Positions 10,696 to 24,178 of a stretch of DNA of 54,187 bases are shown here, piece by piece (within the stretch, counting starts at the first letter, position 1; every line of letters begins with the position of its first letter). The stretch is from Chiloscyllium plagiosum (Eukaryota). The position numbers and the translations under genes are program-made. The stretch covers positions 10,970,064-11,024,250 of the forward strand of contig NC_057716.1 in the NCBI RefSeq assembly GCF_004010195.1, in the 5' to 3' direction. Below the pieces are notes generated by a model. That model searched no databases and was not told where the DNA came from. It saw only the letters and a program-made list of their open reading frames with translations.

Positions 10696-13600
10696 AAACA
10701 AAACACCTCACATGAGTTACAAATACATACCTCAAAGATAATGATGTGTCGTGGAGTTTTTTGAATTTGCTTGCTCCTCATTTCCCTTGTACTCTGGTGG
10801 AGTGGGTTTGGGCTTTCGGGAGAAACTAAGGATGAAATCCAGTGTATCTCTGGTAGTCTGGTTTGAATGCTCTTTGGACAACTGTGACTGTAAATCAGTA
10901 TCTGACAATCGTTTCAGCAATTGCATTATTACAATATTAGACCTGATAGAGAACCTAAAGAATACCATTGGAATATCAGAACAGGTGTCGGCCATTCAGT
11001 CCATCAAAGCATCACCTCTCAACTGGAACCATGTCAATCAGATTCTGCCTGGCATTCAATGTCCAATGCAACTGAGCTCTATGATAGACAAGGAGAGTCT
11101 CCCAGCATAATTCCCCTGAGAGCAGATGGGGGTCTATAGAATAGACAGTGCTCCATTCCCCAGTTGGCAGTCAGACAGAACCCTTGGCCGTGAGTGCCCC
11201 AAATGAACAAATGACAACGGACACACTCCTGCTCTGTATGGGGACTGTACTGGTGATGGATGATTTGCTGTCCACTGACAGATAGTGGCTCACTCTATGA
11301 TGATGCTGTAGACCAGGCTCCACCCACTTTCCAACATGGCCACTTGGTCCAATGATCGGCCCTAAGATGCTGCCTGCTCCAGTCTGGGAGCTGGGAACCT
11401 GTCCCTGCATGCAACGTTTCCATGCAGCAGCCTCTCAATGTTAATTGTCAGTGCACGCGGCAATACAGGTCTGCAATACATAAGCTGCAACTGGATTGGA
11501 GAAGTGTCGTGATGATTGTTGGAAGCTGGAATATGTCAGATGCTATTGTCTATAGAGAAGGCATGTGTGTGGTTAGGATCCTGACCTGAAATGTGTTAGG
11601 TGCTCAGCAACATGGAGGCTCATCATAACCAGCTGTGTGCCTGTTCTGACTTCCATGTCAAGAGTTCTCAATGTCTAGTTTGTTTGCTGTGTTTGTTAAG
11701 ATAGGACGCTGAATGTAAATGAGTTGAGTTGCAGTGTTATTGAGGGGTGGGATTTTATAGGGGTCTGAACCAAGGGCCTACGCTGAGAGTCATTGCAGAA
11801 TCAGATGAGAATTCTGACGAGCTGCACCTCAGCATTGGGAGCACCTTGCTGTATCTTTTACATTTCTGCCTGGGAATGAGGCAGGGATTTAGCTAGGCAG
11901 CAGGGAATTACTGCTTTTGGTAAATGTGTCATTAACCTTGCAACCAGCCTGCATAATATCCAATTCATATCTTACAAGATAGCCAATCAAATTAAACATT
12001 GGAAACTTTTGATTTGGAAGTCAAAAGGGGTACCGACTGTGCACTTAGATGACAGATGAACCCCTGAATGATTTCTGTGCAGCCCACTAACTGATCTATT
12101 CCTAATCCCCAGACTGGTTGAACCTGATGTGCAAGACTGAGTGAGACCCACTTCCCAGATTGTAAGGTCACAGATCCTCAGATCCCCACAGGTCACACTA
12201 AACATGTGACTGAATGTAACCAATCCCTTGGACTGAGATCAGCAAAGGCCCTTGATTGACTGTGGCTGTACCCTTAACTGACCAGAGACTCCTTGACAGG
12301 AATAAGGACTACTCCCCTGAGACTTTGAGATCGGACTGTGTTTTTTGGCACATGCTGTGGGTGTGACACTAACACAACACTGTGTTGTACAGTGATATGT
12401 CTGCCCCTTTTGATTGGTTGGAGCTGACAAATGTGACAAGTTGTTTGACTTTCTGTCTGTGCTACACAACAAAGCAAGACAGAACTACTGTGAGCTACAG
12501 GTAAGATCCGATTAAAACTGGAATGTGCCAAAAGGTAAGGCAAGACATGCCAGAGGTGCTGTGAGCATCCTAGTAATTGCAAAGTGAGTGAGTGCTAAGA
12601 AAGCAAACTAAAAGCCCTGAGATACACCTCAATGGTTGCATGTTCCTGCACACAGAGCATTGCATGGCACAGCATTGCAATGTAGCTATGAGCTACAAAT
12701 TGCACAGTACGCCACCTGACCTCCATTCTCGGTGAGTGTGAAACATGTCATGATTACCTGACTCCAACCTTAGTGAATGGAGGGTGTAAATGGTCACTGC
12801 CCATGATCCGTGCCCTGAGGTGTTGGGGAAAGCTGACCAAAATAGAAACCTGAAGAAGATGCTGGTGAGCTGCAACCAACAAGTGCCTGCTCTGACTTTC
12901 ATGTTGGGAACTTGCACCATCCAATTTTTCTTGATACCGGGAGAATAGCGATCCCCATTAAAATGAGGCATGATGAGGTAATAATGAGGTGGGAAAGTTA
13001 AACACCACAAAATTGTACAAAACAAGGATAACGAAGAAGAAAGTGAAAGGTGAGAATTAACGTGTAAATAATCTTAAAATGGGCAGTTAGAGCCTCTTTA
13101 AATATATAAATAGGAAGCAAGAGGTAAAAGTGAACAAAAGCCCCTTTGAGAAAGAGGCTGGGGAAATACTAATGGGAATCAGGAAACAGGCTGCAGATGT
13201 TGTTGTCCTGCTCCAATTGTTTTGGACTTGTATCCTCCTTCCAGACATACGTCCATGGTGTTATCTTTAGTCTGATTCAGGAGTACCTTTCGGAAAGGTT
13301 GGATGGGTGTCGAGTCAATTGGGCAATTCCATCAACCTTTCAGCTAACTTCAATAAAATCATATTTCTGACCTTCACATTGAGATCTGCCCAGGAACTAA
13401 TTAATATTGTCACCTGCTGCTGTTGGCAGGAGCTCAGCCTAGTTATCCTGAAGCTGACTCGAATCTTAATCTAGTTTTCTAAAAATCGAACATGGTTTTA
13501 ACATCTCTATAGGTGTCATGGAAATATCAGATAGTTTGATTACTCACAATCTTTTGTCTCCCAGCATGGTAAGAAGTTTCACTGCTCGCCTTCCATCATG

Positions 13601-14403
13601 AAGTATCTGCTGATCAATGAAGTGAGGGCTCATTTTCTCTTTGAAAACTGAAGTGCCCTTCCATGTTCAGATGTTTTCTTTCAGCCCATTGTAGGCTGCT
13701 GTTTTATAAATTACAAGCAAATAAGGGATCTATGTTTTGGTATAATGTTTGCTTTCGCATTTTTCTCCTCTTGTTTTTCTCCTTGCTGCTGCTTCAGAGA
13801 TTGTTACTTTTGAAAAAAATTGGTATCTCTTTAAAAAGTAATAGAGGAGCAGTACCTGAGTGTGGTGTGGCACTAAAAATATATTGGAGAGATGGCACAC
13901 ACAACCGGGAAACCTCAGATTCTGTTTTCATGCCACTTCCAAAGGAATTGGAATAGTGCAATCAATTCTTTGTGGACAATTAATGGGTTTTTTTGTGCTA
14001 CACTATCTATTTTACTTAGTGATTACATTTTTGAGAAAGAGTTGTTCTGGGCCTCTGGAAATTGCTGCTTTTTAAATTGGTCACACCATGGCTTCCCATT
14101 TACCTCTAAGAGTTAGAGAGAGCACTCACAACTGTGTTTACATTGTAATTGATTTGCTTTTGCACAGGGTAACCTTCAGTCCTGGTCATTAAATGGAAGC
14201 TTCAGGTATAAATTCAAACATATGATGGGGAAGACTGTTTGGAAAACAACCTTTCAGAACTGTTGCTACTGTTATCTTCCTTCAGCCTTGAGTACCAATT
14301 TGTTGTCACTAGTTTTTTTATGCCTGATTGCAGTCATTAGCATCCAGTAGCCACTTGCTGCCCCATGAGGAGTTGTGGTTTTCTAAATGTTAGCCTCCTT
14401 AAA

Positions 14404-15025
14404 TAGAATCATAGAATCAATCCATGTCGAAAAAAAATCCCAATCTAAAGTAGCTTTACCTGCCTGATCCTGGCCCATGTCCTTACAAACTTTTCCTATT
14501 CATGTATCCATCCACATGTCTTTTAAACATTGTAATTTTACACACATCCATCACTTCCTCGGGAAGTTCATTTCACATGCTAACCACCCTCTGTGTAAAA
14601 ACATTGCCTCTTTTGTCTTTTCTAAATCTGTCTCCTCTCACCTTAAAAATGTAGCCCCTCGTCTTGAAATTTTCCATTTTAGTGAAAAGACAATTACCAT
14701 CAACTCTATCTACAGCTGTAATTATTTTATAAACTTTGAATTGGTCACCTCTCAACCTCCTACACTTCAGTGAAAAAAACTCCCAGCCTATCCAGCCTTT
14801 CTTTCTAACTCAAATCTTCCATCGCCAGCAACAGCCTGGTAATTCTTTTATGAGCCCTTGTCAGCTTGATGATATACTTCCTTTAGCTGGGTGACCAGAC
14901 CTGGACACAGTACTCCAGAAGAGGCCTCACCATTGTCCTGTACAACCTCAACATGACTTCCCAACTCCTAAACTCAAAGGACTGAACAATGAGGGCAAGT
15001 GTGCCAAGTGCCTTTTTAACCACTT
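14404..15025 (-). mobile_element. CR1 LINE 3' fragment
   Basis: ORF 14573..14755 GDQFKVYKI...TRGYIFKVRGDRFR...FTQRVV; (ATTCTATG) tail at 14404. Confidence 0.85.
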
Positions 15026-15239
15026 TACACAGAGAGCTGGAGACTTATTGAGACAAATATCTGAAAGTTTAGCATCAACTAACTATGTAGACTAATGCGA
15101 CATATCAAATTTATACATCCTGTCTAGGTACTATTATTATTTACATTACTGTATCATTACATATGTAGTTATCTAGCTAACTGAAATACTGGCTGGCAAC
15201 TTGTTATCTTAACAGGTATGATAAATGGATGCTTGGTTA

Positions 15240-16150
15240 CAATGATCTGATTGGCCAGGAGCAGTATGGATTTACAAATGGAAAATTGTGTTTGACGAAT
15301 TTGTTCGAGTTTTTCTTTCGAGGATGTTGCTACAAGAGTTGATAAAAGGGAGTCAATGAATATAGGTTATTTGGATTTTCCGAAGGCCACTGATGAGGTC
15401 TCCCACAGAAGGTTAGTTGGAAATATTAAAGTCCATGGTAAAGGTGGTAATATACTGGCATTGATTAAGGATTGGTTAACAGGAAGAAAACAGAAGGTAG
15501 GAATAAATGGATCATTCTGATATTGGCAGACTGTAACTAGAGGGGTACCACAAGGATCAGTACTTTGGCCCCAGCTTCTCACAATATATATCAATGATTT
15601 TGACATAGGGAGCAAAGGCAATATTTCTAAAATTGAAGTCGATACAAAGCTAAGCAGGAATGTGTGTTGTGAGGAGAGTATGAAATGTTTTCATGAGGTC
15701 TTGGACAGGGTTATAAAGTGGGAAAGAACAAGGCAGATGGAACATAATGTGGGAATATGAGATTATCCACTCTTGCAGGAACAGATGTACTCAGTATTCC
15801 TTAACTGGTCAGAAGTTGGAAAGGGTAGATGTGCCAAAGGAGTTAGGTGCCTTGTCAATAGGTCAATGAAGGTTAACATGCAGATGCAGCAAGTTATTGG
15901 GAAGGCTAATGGAATGTTAACTTTCATCACAAAAGGATTTGAGTACAAGAGGAGCGAAGGCCTGTTTCAATTGTTTAGGGACCTAGTAAGGCCACTTCTG
16001 GAGTACCATGTGCAGCTTTAGTCTCCATATCTCAGGACAGATACGATTGCTGAACATGGAGTGTAATCAAAGTTCACTCGATCTGTTTCCAGGGTGACAG
16101 GACTACCCCATGAAGAGATAATGAGCAAATTGGACTTGTATTGAGAAGGC
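15240..16150 (+). mobile_element. Degenerate CR1 LINE reverse transcriptase fragment
   Basis: YLDFPKA...RGVPQGSVL...YINDF, then KANGML...LVRPLLEY. Confidence 0.85.
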
Positions 16151-16490
16151 CACAGATTTGTTAGAAGCTTGTAGCCTGAAGTATGGAAATACAGTGAGAT
16201 AAAAAAAGAATGGTCGACTGACAGGACAAAATAGAGAAGGGTCATGAAATAATCTTGTCGCGATCAAAACTAAAATGGGGGAAGCTAAAAGCACAAGAGA
16301 TGAACACCAAATTTAGAAACCAGTCTGATCTATAGTGATTATGATTGTCTAGTTATTTAAATCAATATAATATGCTATGTGGAGCTTTCCTCTGTAAATA
16401 AATACTAAATCTTTTTTTTTTAAGTGCAAAGGTTCAGTTGAAAATAGAAATTTATTCGTGAGAAAGAAGCTCAGCTGGTATGTGACTACC

Positions 16491-16628
16491 TATGAGAGAG
16501 TGAGGACTGCAGATGCTGGCGAAGTCCGAGTTGGTAAGGTGTGGCACTGGAAAAAGCACAGCAGGTCAAACAGCATCTGAAAAGCAAGAGCGTTGGCATT
16601 TCGGACTTAACCCTTCATCAGGACTGGT
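16491..16628 (-). mobile_element. Penelope-like short element, single arm
   Basis: gagtgaggactgcagatgctgg...cccttcatcagg; absent at the paralogous site near 8298. Confidence 0.7.
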
Positions 16629-16786
16629 TGTCATGAACAGAAGTTATTCAATTGTTCACTTTAACTTCGTAACATCGTTATCTCCAGCTAAAATGCCATG
16701 CTTGAGACACCCTTTCTGCCAAACATAATTGTTTCCAAGAGATTTTTAAATGAACAAAGATACCCAAATAAATGACAAAAATGCAG

Positions 16787-16792
16787 TTTATT
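16787..16792 (-). terminator. g3 polyadenylation signal
   Basis: AATAAA ~50 nt after the stop; a second one lies nearer the stop. Confidence 0.6.
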
Positions 16793-16842
16793 ATATATCT
16801 GAATATTTCAGCAAAAAGAATTTTATTCTTTCCAACAACAAT

Positions 16843-17118
16843 CTAGAAATCTCTCATTCGCCTGAAAGATCCTATAGTTGAACTGTAGCCTCCCCAGTCA
16901 CTGTATCGCCTGTATTCACCGGGTCTCATGAAATACTGGCGCCCTCTGTAGTTGGGATGTTCATAGAAGGTCCAGTAACCGTCCATCACATGGCAGGAGT
17001 GGATGTCACGGTAACGGAAACGATCGTAGACAGATGGACAGTCATCCATGAATTCCATCATCTGCCCTCCAAAGTCAGGCCTCTCATAAATCCTCATTCT
17101 GTAGGAGCCTCCTCGGTA
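16843..17118 (-). CDS. cryg: g3 exon 3
   Basis: ctcttccag|TAC CGA GGA GGC ... TAG. Confidence 0.96.
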   Translation of the reverse strand, partial: YRGGSYRMRIYERPDFGGQMMEFMDDCPSVYDRFRYRDIHSCHVMDGYWTFYEHPNYRGRQYFMRPGEYRRYSDWGGYSSTIGSFRRMRDF

Positions 17119-19866
17119 CTGGAAGAGAAAGGAAATTATGTTTGTGATGAAGTTGTAAATATATTTTCAGTGTCTATGTAGTTATTAATGGAAAAGTCAG
17201 GAATTTGGAAATAAATAATTATTCATGGAAATTTTTATGGATAAATAAGAATAAAGCAAAAAAAAAGTAACCGTACCTGATTCATTTTCACCTAAATACC
17301 GCCATTCATTTTACCATCATTATTACAGTAAATGGTAACGTTTTTGCACAATATTGAATCTAATTATCCTACTTTAGTTCTTGAACTGCGCAAAATTGTA
17401 GTTATTTTTATTCCTGGGACTGATTGATGGCTGTACTCAGAGAGAGTGAAGGTCAAACCTTCCTACCAAACCCCTCCCCCTTCAGATTCCTTTACACATG
17501 CCTCCCATCCATCACCACAAAGAACAAAAAAATTACAGCACAGGAACAAGCCCTTGGGTCCTCCAAGCCTGTGCTGATCCCGATCCTCAATCTAAACCTG
17601 TCACCTACTTTCCAAGGATCTGTATCCCTCTGCTCCCTACCCATTTACGTATCTGTCTGGATACATCTTATATGACGCTATCGTGCCACTTTACTGATAA
17701 TGTGTTCCAGGCACCCATCACCCTCTTTATAAAGAACTTGCCACACTTATCTCCCTTTAAACTTTTCCCCTCTCACATTGAACTCATGACCCCTAGTAAT
17801 TGAGGCCCCCACTCTGGGAAAAAGCTTCTTGTTATCCACCCTGTCGATACCTCTCACGATTAAGTAGACTCAGTCAGGTCCCCTCTCAACCTCCGTCTTT
17901 CTCATGTAAATAATCTTTATCATCCCAATCTCTCCTCACAGTTAGCACCCTCTATACCAGGCAACATCCTTGTGAACCTCTTCTGTACCCTCTTCAAAGC
18001 ATCGACATCCTTCTGGTAATGTGGTGACTGAATATATAAACAGACTGTGCGGATAGGTTTTGAGTTTCTGTACCCTCATTACAACAGTGAATCTGGCAAG
18101 GTATCTCACGGGAAACATTAAGACATGTTGTAGTTCTAGACAGGCAAAGACTGAAGCTGTGAAAATCTCCAAGGTAATGGCTGTCTGGGTAAGCATCCTG
18201 AATTGCTTCCATTAAACAAAGCTCAAGTGACCAGGTAAGAATTTCACAATTTATACTTCATTGGTAGCCTAAAGGGCCTCTTCCCCAAGCTGAAGGCTAT
18301 TGGTTGCAGGAACATCTTGAAGCTTAAAAATGTCTACTTTCTGACCAGCTGCCTACTCTCAACTAGAGCTCAAAGCATACCTCCTAGTGTTCACCTCTTT
18401 CCCAATTATATCACTGATTTCCTTACAGGTGTGGGATGTGAATTGTTGGCAAGGCTGGCAGTTATTGCCAATCCCTAATTGTCATTGAGAACATGTTGGA
18501 GAGTTATCTACCTTTCATCTTGGTGGTACTACAGAAAACCTACCTGTATATCTTCACTATTTTAACAGCTGGGACAACTAATCATCACAAATATGCATGT
18601 ACAAATGACAGGAAGGTTTTCAATACATTGGAAGTTTTAGTCCCTGCAGCAGACTATAATGCCTAATTCCTCGTGCATTATTAGTGCTGAATATAGAAAC
18701 CACCCAATTGTTAATTGCATATAGGTTTAGTGATATACCTAATTAAGAGAACACATTCATGCTTGTTCTTGATGTTATTGGCTATTTTCCACAATTACTG
18801 GCCAAGACTCAACAATCACAGAATTATAACTTACCTGTGGGTAGGAGCGACATGATCTGACACAGTCATTGAATCCCATCCAGCGCTGGTAGTCAGGATA
18901 CTCCCCCCTGGTCAGAACATACTGGTATCCCATGTAATTGGGTCTCTCATACAGTACCCACCAGTCACTGTCAACACGGATGGAGTTACAGCGGCTGAAG
19001 TAAGGGGACAGGTCGGCACAGTCACTGCTGCACTCATAGTGCCGCCCTTGGAAGTTCCTGTCCTCGTAGAAGATGATCTGTGAGGGAAGAAACATCCTTT
19101 TCAGTCATTCATTTAGAAAATGAGGATACTTAGTCATAAAGTCATAGAACTGTACAGATTCTTTGTTCCAAGTTGTCCATGCCAACCAGATATCCTAAAT
19201 TAATCTTGTCCCATTTACCAGTATTTGGTCCAAATCCCTTTAAACCCAGATGCCTTTTAAATGCTGTAATTGTACCAGTCTCCACCACATCATCTGGCAG
19301 CTCATTCCATACACATACCACCTTCTGTGTGAATAAGTTGCCTCTAACGTGTCTTTTAAATCTTTCCCCTCTCACTCTAAGCCTTTGCCTTCTAACTTTA
19401 CATTCACTCTCCCTAGAGAAAATATCTTTTCTATTTACCCAATTCTGTGTCTCTCATGATTTTATAAACTTCTGAAAGGTCACCCTCAGCCTCTGATACT
19501 CCAGGTAAAATAGTCCCAGCCTGTTCACCCTCTCCTTCCAGCTCAAATCCTTCAACCCTGGCAACATACTTGTAAATCCTTTTTGAACCTTTTCAAGTTT
19601 CATAATATCATACCTTTTTCAGGGAGACCAGATTTGCATGCAGTATTCCAAAGTATTCTGAATAATGTTTTGTACAGTCGCAACATAACCTCCCAACTCC
19701 TGTACTCAACACACTGACTAATAAATGCAAGCATAGCAACACCCTCTTCACTATCCTATCTACCTATCGCCTCCACTTTCAAGGAACTATTTATTGAATG
19801 ATTCTAAAAATGATATGCACGACGATACTACGCAAAAACTGAAAAAGGTTATCTTGCCTTTCCCAT
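16843..19866 (-). CDS. cryg: Gamma-crystallin gene g3, intact, 175 aa; join(19866-19858, 19077-18835, 17118-16843)
   Basis: All exons open (9/243/276). Intron 1 is GC-AG (AAG|gcaaga), intron 2 is GT-AG. Confidence 0.94.
17521..18030 (-). mobile_element. CR1 LINE 3' fragment in g3 intron 2
   Basis: CR1 coding end ([14 protein letters not shown]); absent from the paralogous g2 intron near 9402. Confidence 0.85.
18835..19077 (-). CDS. cryg: g3 exon 2
   Basis: ccctcacag|ATC ... CAG|gtaagt. Confidence 0.96.
19131..19788 (-). mobile_element. CR1 LINE 3' fragment in g3 intron 1
   Basis: ORF 19142..19375 RGERFKR...VWNELP; (CTATGACT) tail; absent from g2 intron 1. Confidence 0.88.
19858..19866 (-). 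CDS. cryg: g3 exon 1 coding part (MGK)
   Basis: ctcaaaATGGGAAAG|gcaag. Confidence 0.88.
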
Positions 19867-19921
19867 TTTGAGCTCACAGCTAGCTTCGTAACTGAATCCC
19901 TCACTGTCCCACACAGCTTGG

Positions 19922-20003
19922 TATTTATATGCTGAACAGAAATGCTGCAATGGACTGTACCTTTGTTATTCTAATGATTTAGGAGTAAAAATCAGCAATA
20001 AAA
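19922..20003 (-). promoter_or_regulatory. g3 promoter: TATA (19929-19922), SOX site AATAACAAAG (19970-19961), half-MARE (19997-19992)
   Basis: Motifs conserved among paralogues. Confidence 0.75.
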
Positions 20004-20097
20004 GAAACAAAACATCTCACATGAGTTATAAATACATACCTGAAAGACAATGATGTGTCATTGATTCTTTTGAATTTGCTTGTTTTTTATATATATA

Positions 20098-20445
20098 TAG
20101 AATCCCTACAATTTGAAAATAGGCTATTGGACTCATTGTATTCCCACCATCCCTCCAAAGAGCATCTCACCTGCTCCCCCCTCCCCCACCCTAACTTTGT
20201 TACCTCACATTTCCCCATGGATAACCCACCGAGCCTGCAAATACCTGGACATTGCAGGGCACTTTAATCATGGTCAATCTACCTGACATGGACATCTTTG
20301 AACAGTGGGAGGAAAGCAAAGCATCCAGAGGAATCCCATACAGACGTGGGGAGACTATGCAAACTGCACGCAGACAATCGCCTGAGGGTGGAATAGAACC
20401 CAGATTTCTGAAGCTGTGAGGCAACAATGCTGTGCTGCCCTGTGC
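20098..20445 (-). mobile_element. Degenerate HE1-like SINE upstream of g3
   Basis: Aligns with 830-1148; absent upstream of g2. Confidence 0.8.
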
Positions 20446-22048
20446 TGCCCTGTGTTTTGTACTCTGGTGGAGTGGGTTTGGGATTTAGGGAGAAACCAAG
20501 AATGAAATTCAGCGTACCACCTGTCATCTGGTTTAAATGCTCTTTTGACAATTATGACTGTAAATCAATTCCTGACATTTGTTTCAGCAATTGCATTATA
20601 AAAACAGAGGCCTGATATAGAACTGAGAAAAAGCTATCGGATTTCAAAAGCTGACTGGGGGCAGATGTTCACAGGTAAAGGGATGGCTGGAAAATGGGAA
20701 GCCTTCAGGAATGAGGTAATGAGAATCCAGAGACAATATATTACTGCTAGGGAGAAAGGAAAGGCTGGTCGGTGTAGGGAATGTTGGATGACTAGAAAAA
20801 TTGTCGGTTTGGTTAAGAAAAAGAAAGAAGCATATGTCAGGTGTAGACAGGATAGATCGAATGAATCCTTAGAAGAGTATAAAGAAAGTAGGAGTATACT
20901 TGAGAGGGAAATCAGAGGGCAAGAAGGAGACATGAGATAACTTTGGCAAATAGAATTAAGGAGAATGCAAAGGGATTTTACAAATACATTCAGTACAAAA
21001 GGGTAACTAGGGAGAGAATAGGGCCCCTCAATGATCAGCAAGATGGCCTTTGTGTGGAGCCGCAGAAAATAGGGGAGATTCTAAATGAGTATTTTGCATC
21101 AGTATTTACTATTGAAAAGGACATGGAAGATATAGAACGTAGGGAGACGTGATCTCTATGAACTTCAGTAAGGCGTTCAACAAGGTTCCCCATGGGACAC
21201 TGGTTAGCAAGATTAGATCTCATGGAATACAGGGAGAACTAGCCATTTGGATACAGAACTGGCTCAAAGGTAGAAGAGAGAAAATAGAAGACGGTTACCT
21301 CAGATTACAATGGGATCTTGATCAGATGGGTCAATGGGCTGAGAAGTGGCAGATGAATTTTAATTCACATAAATGCGAGGTGCTGCATTTGGGAAAGCAA
21401 ATCTTAGCAGGACTTAGACACTTAATGGTAAGGTCCTAGGGAGTGTTGCTGAACAAAGAGACCTTGGAGTGCAGGTTCATAGCTCCTTGAAAGTAGAGTT
21501 GCAGGTAGATACAACAATGAAGAAGGTGTTTGGTATACTTTTCTTTATTGGTCAGAATACTGAGTACAGGAGTTGGGAGGTCATGTTGTGGCTGTACGGG
21601 ACATTGGTTAGGCCACTGTTGGAATATTGCATGCAGTTCCATCCTATCAGAAAGATGTTGTGAAACCTGAAAGATTTCAGAAAGGATTTACAAGGATGTT
21701 GCCAGGGTTGGAGGATTTGAGCTATAGGGAGAGGCTGAATAGGCTGGGGCTGTTTTCTGTGGAACGTCGGAGGCTGAGCGGTGACCTTATAAAGGTTTAT
21801 AAAATCATGAGCTTGGATAGGATAAATAGACAAAGTCTTTTCACTGGGGTCAGGGAGTCCAGAACTGGAGGGCATAGTTACAGGATGATCGGGGAAAGAT
21901 ACAAAAGAGACCTAAGGGGCAAATTATTTCATGCAGTGGGTGGTACGTGTATGGAATGAGCTGCCAGAGGAAGTGGGGGAGGCTGGTACAATTGCAACAT
22001 TTAAAAGGCATCTAGATGGGTATATGAATAGGAAGGGTTTAGAGGGAT

Positions 22049-22260
22049 CGGGATGGGACCATTCGCCACCACTGATTCGACACTGCCCTTTCACCGCCGA
22101 GGACGCTTCGCCACCGCAAGTGTTTGTAACTCATTTTTATGTATAAACCAATATAATGATATTTATTTCACCTCTTTTTTTTTACCAATATGTACTATGT
22201 TGTTGTATAAATAAAGGGGACTGAGAAGTATGAAAGAACAGGCGGGACGGAAAACAATCA

Positions 22261-22298
<38 letters not shown>

Positions 22299-22412
22299 CC
22301 GGTGGTGAATAGTCTCCAGAGGTCAAACAACCCCAGTGGAGAAATGCTGGTGGCAAACCAGCAGTGGCTAATCATCGGCAGCGAATGTGCCGTAGCGAAT
22401 CGTCACCAACCC
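22049..22412. mobile_element. Non-autonomous foldback/MULE-like DNA element with 14-bp subterminal repeats
   Basis: Flanked by tagagggat / tggagggat; inverted arrays of TTCGCCACC-like units; AT-rich core. Confidence 0.7.
22262..22296. repeat. (TA)n microsatellite
   Basis: Perfect TA run; shorter copy at 24038-24060. Confidence 0.95.
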
Positions 22413-23824
22413 TGGAGGGATATGGGCCGGGTGCTGGCAGGTGGGACTAGATTGGGTTAAGATATCTGGTCGGCATGGACAAGTTGGACCAAAGGGTCTG
22501 TTTCCGTGCTGCAGATCTCCATGACTCTATGACTCTCTAACATAGAAACAGGAGTCAGCCATTTAGCCAATCAAGTTAGCGTCTGCCTGGCATTTAATGT
22601 TCAACACAACTGAGTTCTATTATAGACAAGGAGAGTCTTCCAGTGTACTTCATCTGACAGCTCGTTGGGGCCTACAGAACTGACCATAGTTCATTACCCA
22701 GACAGCAGTCAGACAGAAGCCCTGGCTGTGAGTGCTCGAAATGAATGAATGATAATGAACAAGCTCCTGGACTGCGTGGGTACTGTACTGGTGATGGGTG
22801 ATTTGCTGTCCACTAACAGATAGTGGCTCACACTTTGATGGTGTTGAAGTCCAGGACCCACCCACTTTCCAACATGGCCACTTGGTCCAATGATCGGCCC
22901 TGAGATGCTGCCTGCTCCAGTCTGGGAGCTGGGAACCTGTCCCTGCATGCAACGTTTCCATGCAGCAGCCTCTCAATGTTAGTTGTCAGTGCACGCGGCA
23001 ATACAGGTCTGCAATACGTAAGCTGCAACTGGATTTAAGTGTCATGATGACCTTGAGAAGCTGGAAAATGTCAGATGCTATTGTGCATCGATTAAAGTGG
23101 TGCTGGAAAAGCAGAGCAAGTCAGGCAGCATCCGAGGAGCAGGAAAATCATTCCTAATGAACGGCTTTTGCCCGAAACATCAATTTTCCTGCTCCTCAGA
23201 ATGGTAAGGTCCTAGGGAGTGTTGCTGAACAAAGAGACCTTGGAGTGCAGGTTCATAGCTCCTTGAAAGTAGAGTTGCAGGTAGATACAACAATGAAGAA
23301 GGTGTTTGGTATACTTTTCTTTATTGGTCAGAATACTGAGTACAGGAGTTGGGAGGTCATGTTGTGGCTGTACGGGACATTGGTTAGGCCACTGTTGGAA
23401 TATTGCATGCAGTTCCATCCTATCAGAAAGATGTTGTGAAACTTGAAAGATTTCAGAAAAGATTTACAAGGATGTTGCCAGGATTGGAGGATTTGAGCTA
23501 TAGGGAGAGGCTGAATAGGCTGGGGCTGTTTTCTGTGGAACGTCAGAGGCTGAGCGGTGACCTTATAAAGGTTTATAAAATCATGAGCTTGGATAGGATA
23601 AATAGACAAAGTCTTTTCACTGGGGTCAGGGAGTCCAGAACTGGAGGGCATAGTTACAGGATGATCGGGGAAAGATACAAAAGAGACCTAAGGGGCAAAT
23701 TATTTCATACAGTGGGTGGTACATGTATGGAATGAGCTGCCAGAGGAAGTGGGGGAGGCTGGCACAATTGCAACATTTAAAAGGCATCTAGATGGGTATA
23801 TGAATAGGAAGGGTTTAGAGGGAT

Positions 23825-24178
23825 CGGGATGGGACCATTCGCCACCACTGATTCGTCACTGCCCTTTCACCGCCGAGGACGCTTCGCCACCATAAGTGTT
23901 TGTAACTCATTTTTATGTATAAACCAATATAATGATATTTATTTCACCTCTTTTTTTTTATCAATATGTACTATGTTGTTGTATAAATAAAGGGGACTGA
24001 GAAGAATGAAAGAACAGGCGGGACGGAAAACAATCAGTATATATATATATATATATATATCTTTCCGGTGGTGAATAGTCTCCAGAGGTCAAACAACCCC
24101 AGTGGAGAAATGCTGGTGGCAAACCGGCAGTGGCTAATTATCGGCAGCGAATGTGCCGCAGCGAATCATCACCAACCC
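23825..24178. mobile_element. Second copy of the foldback-like element, made by the tandem duplication
   Basis: Same sequence and flanks as 22049-22412. Confidence 0.7.

Larger units (their letters stand above)
7960..12033. repeat. Segmental duplication unit containing g2; paralogous to about 16160-25562 containing g3
   Basis: 3' flank, introns, promoter and ~1.4 kb upstream align collinearly once TE insertions in the g3 unit are removed. Confidence 0.88.
20642..22537 (+). mobile_element. CR1 LINE ORF2 3' portion with internal deletions, interrupted by a MITE
   Basis: NFSKAFNKVPH, LVRPLLEYC, GDLIKVYKI, VWNELPEEV motifs; (CTATGACT) tail. Confidence 0.9.

Noticed and set aside
11171-11760. 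TATAAAA at 11759-11753 with downstream ATG and repeated MQGQVPSS ORFs, suggesting an extra gene
   Set aside because: Frames stop early and differ between copies, the TATA is lost in the paralogue near 25265, and the repetition follows from the duplications. Origin unknown, probably an old repeat.
22049-22412. Periodic short repeats resembling a CRISPR array
   Set aside because: Units are 14 nt, degenerate, inverted between arms and lack unique spacers; the context is eukaryotic.
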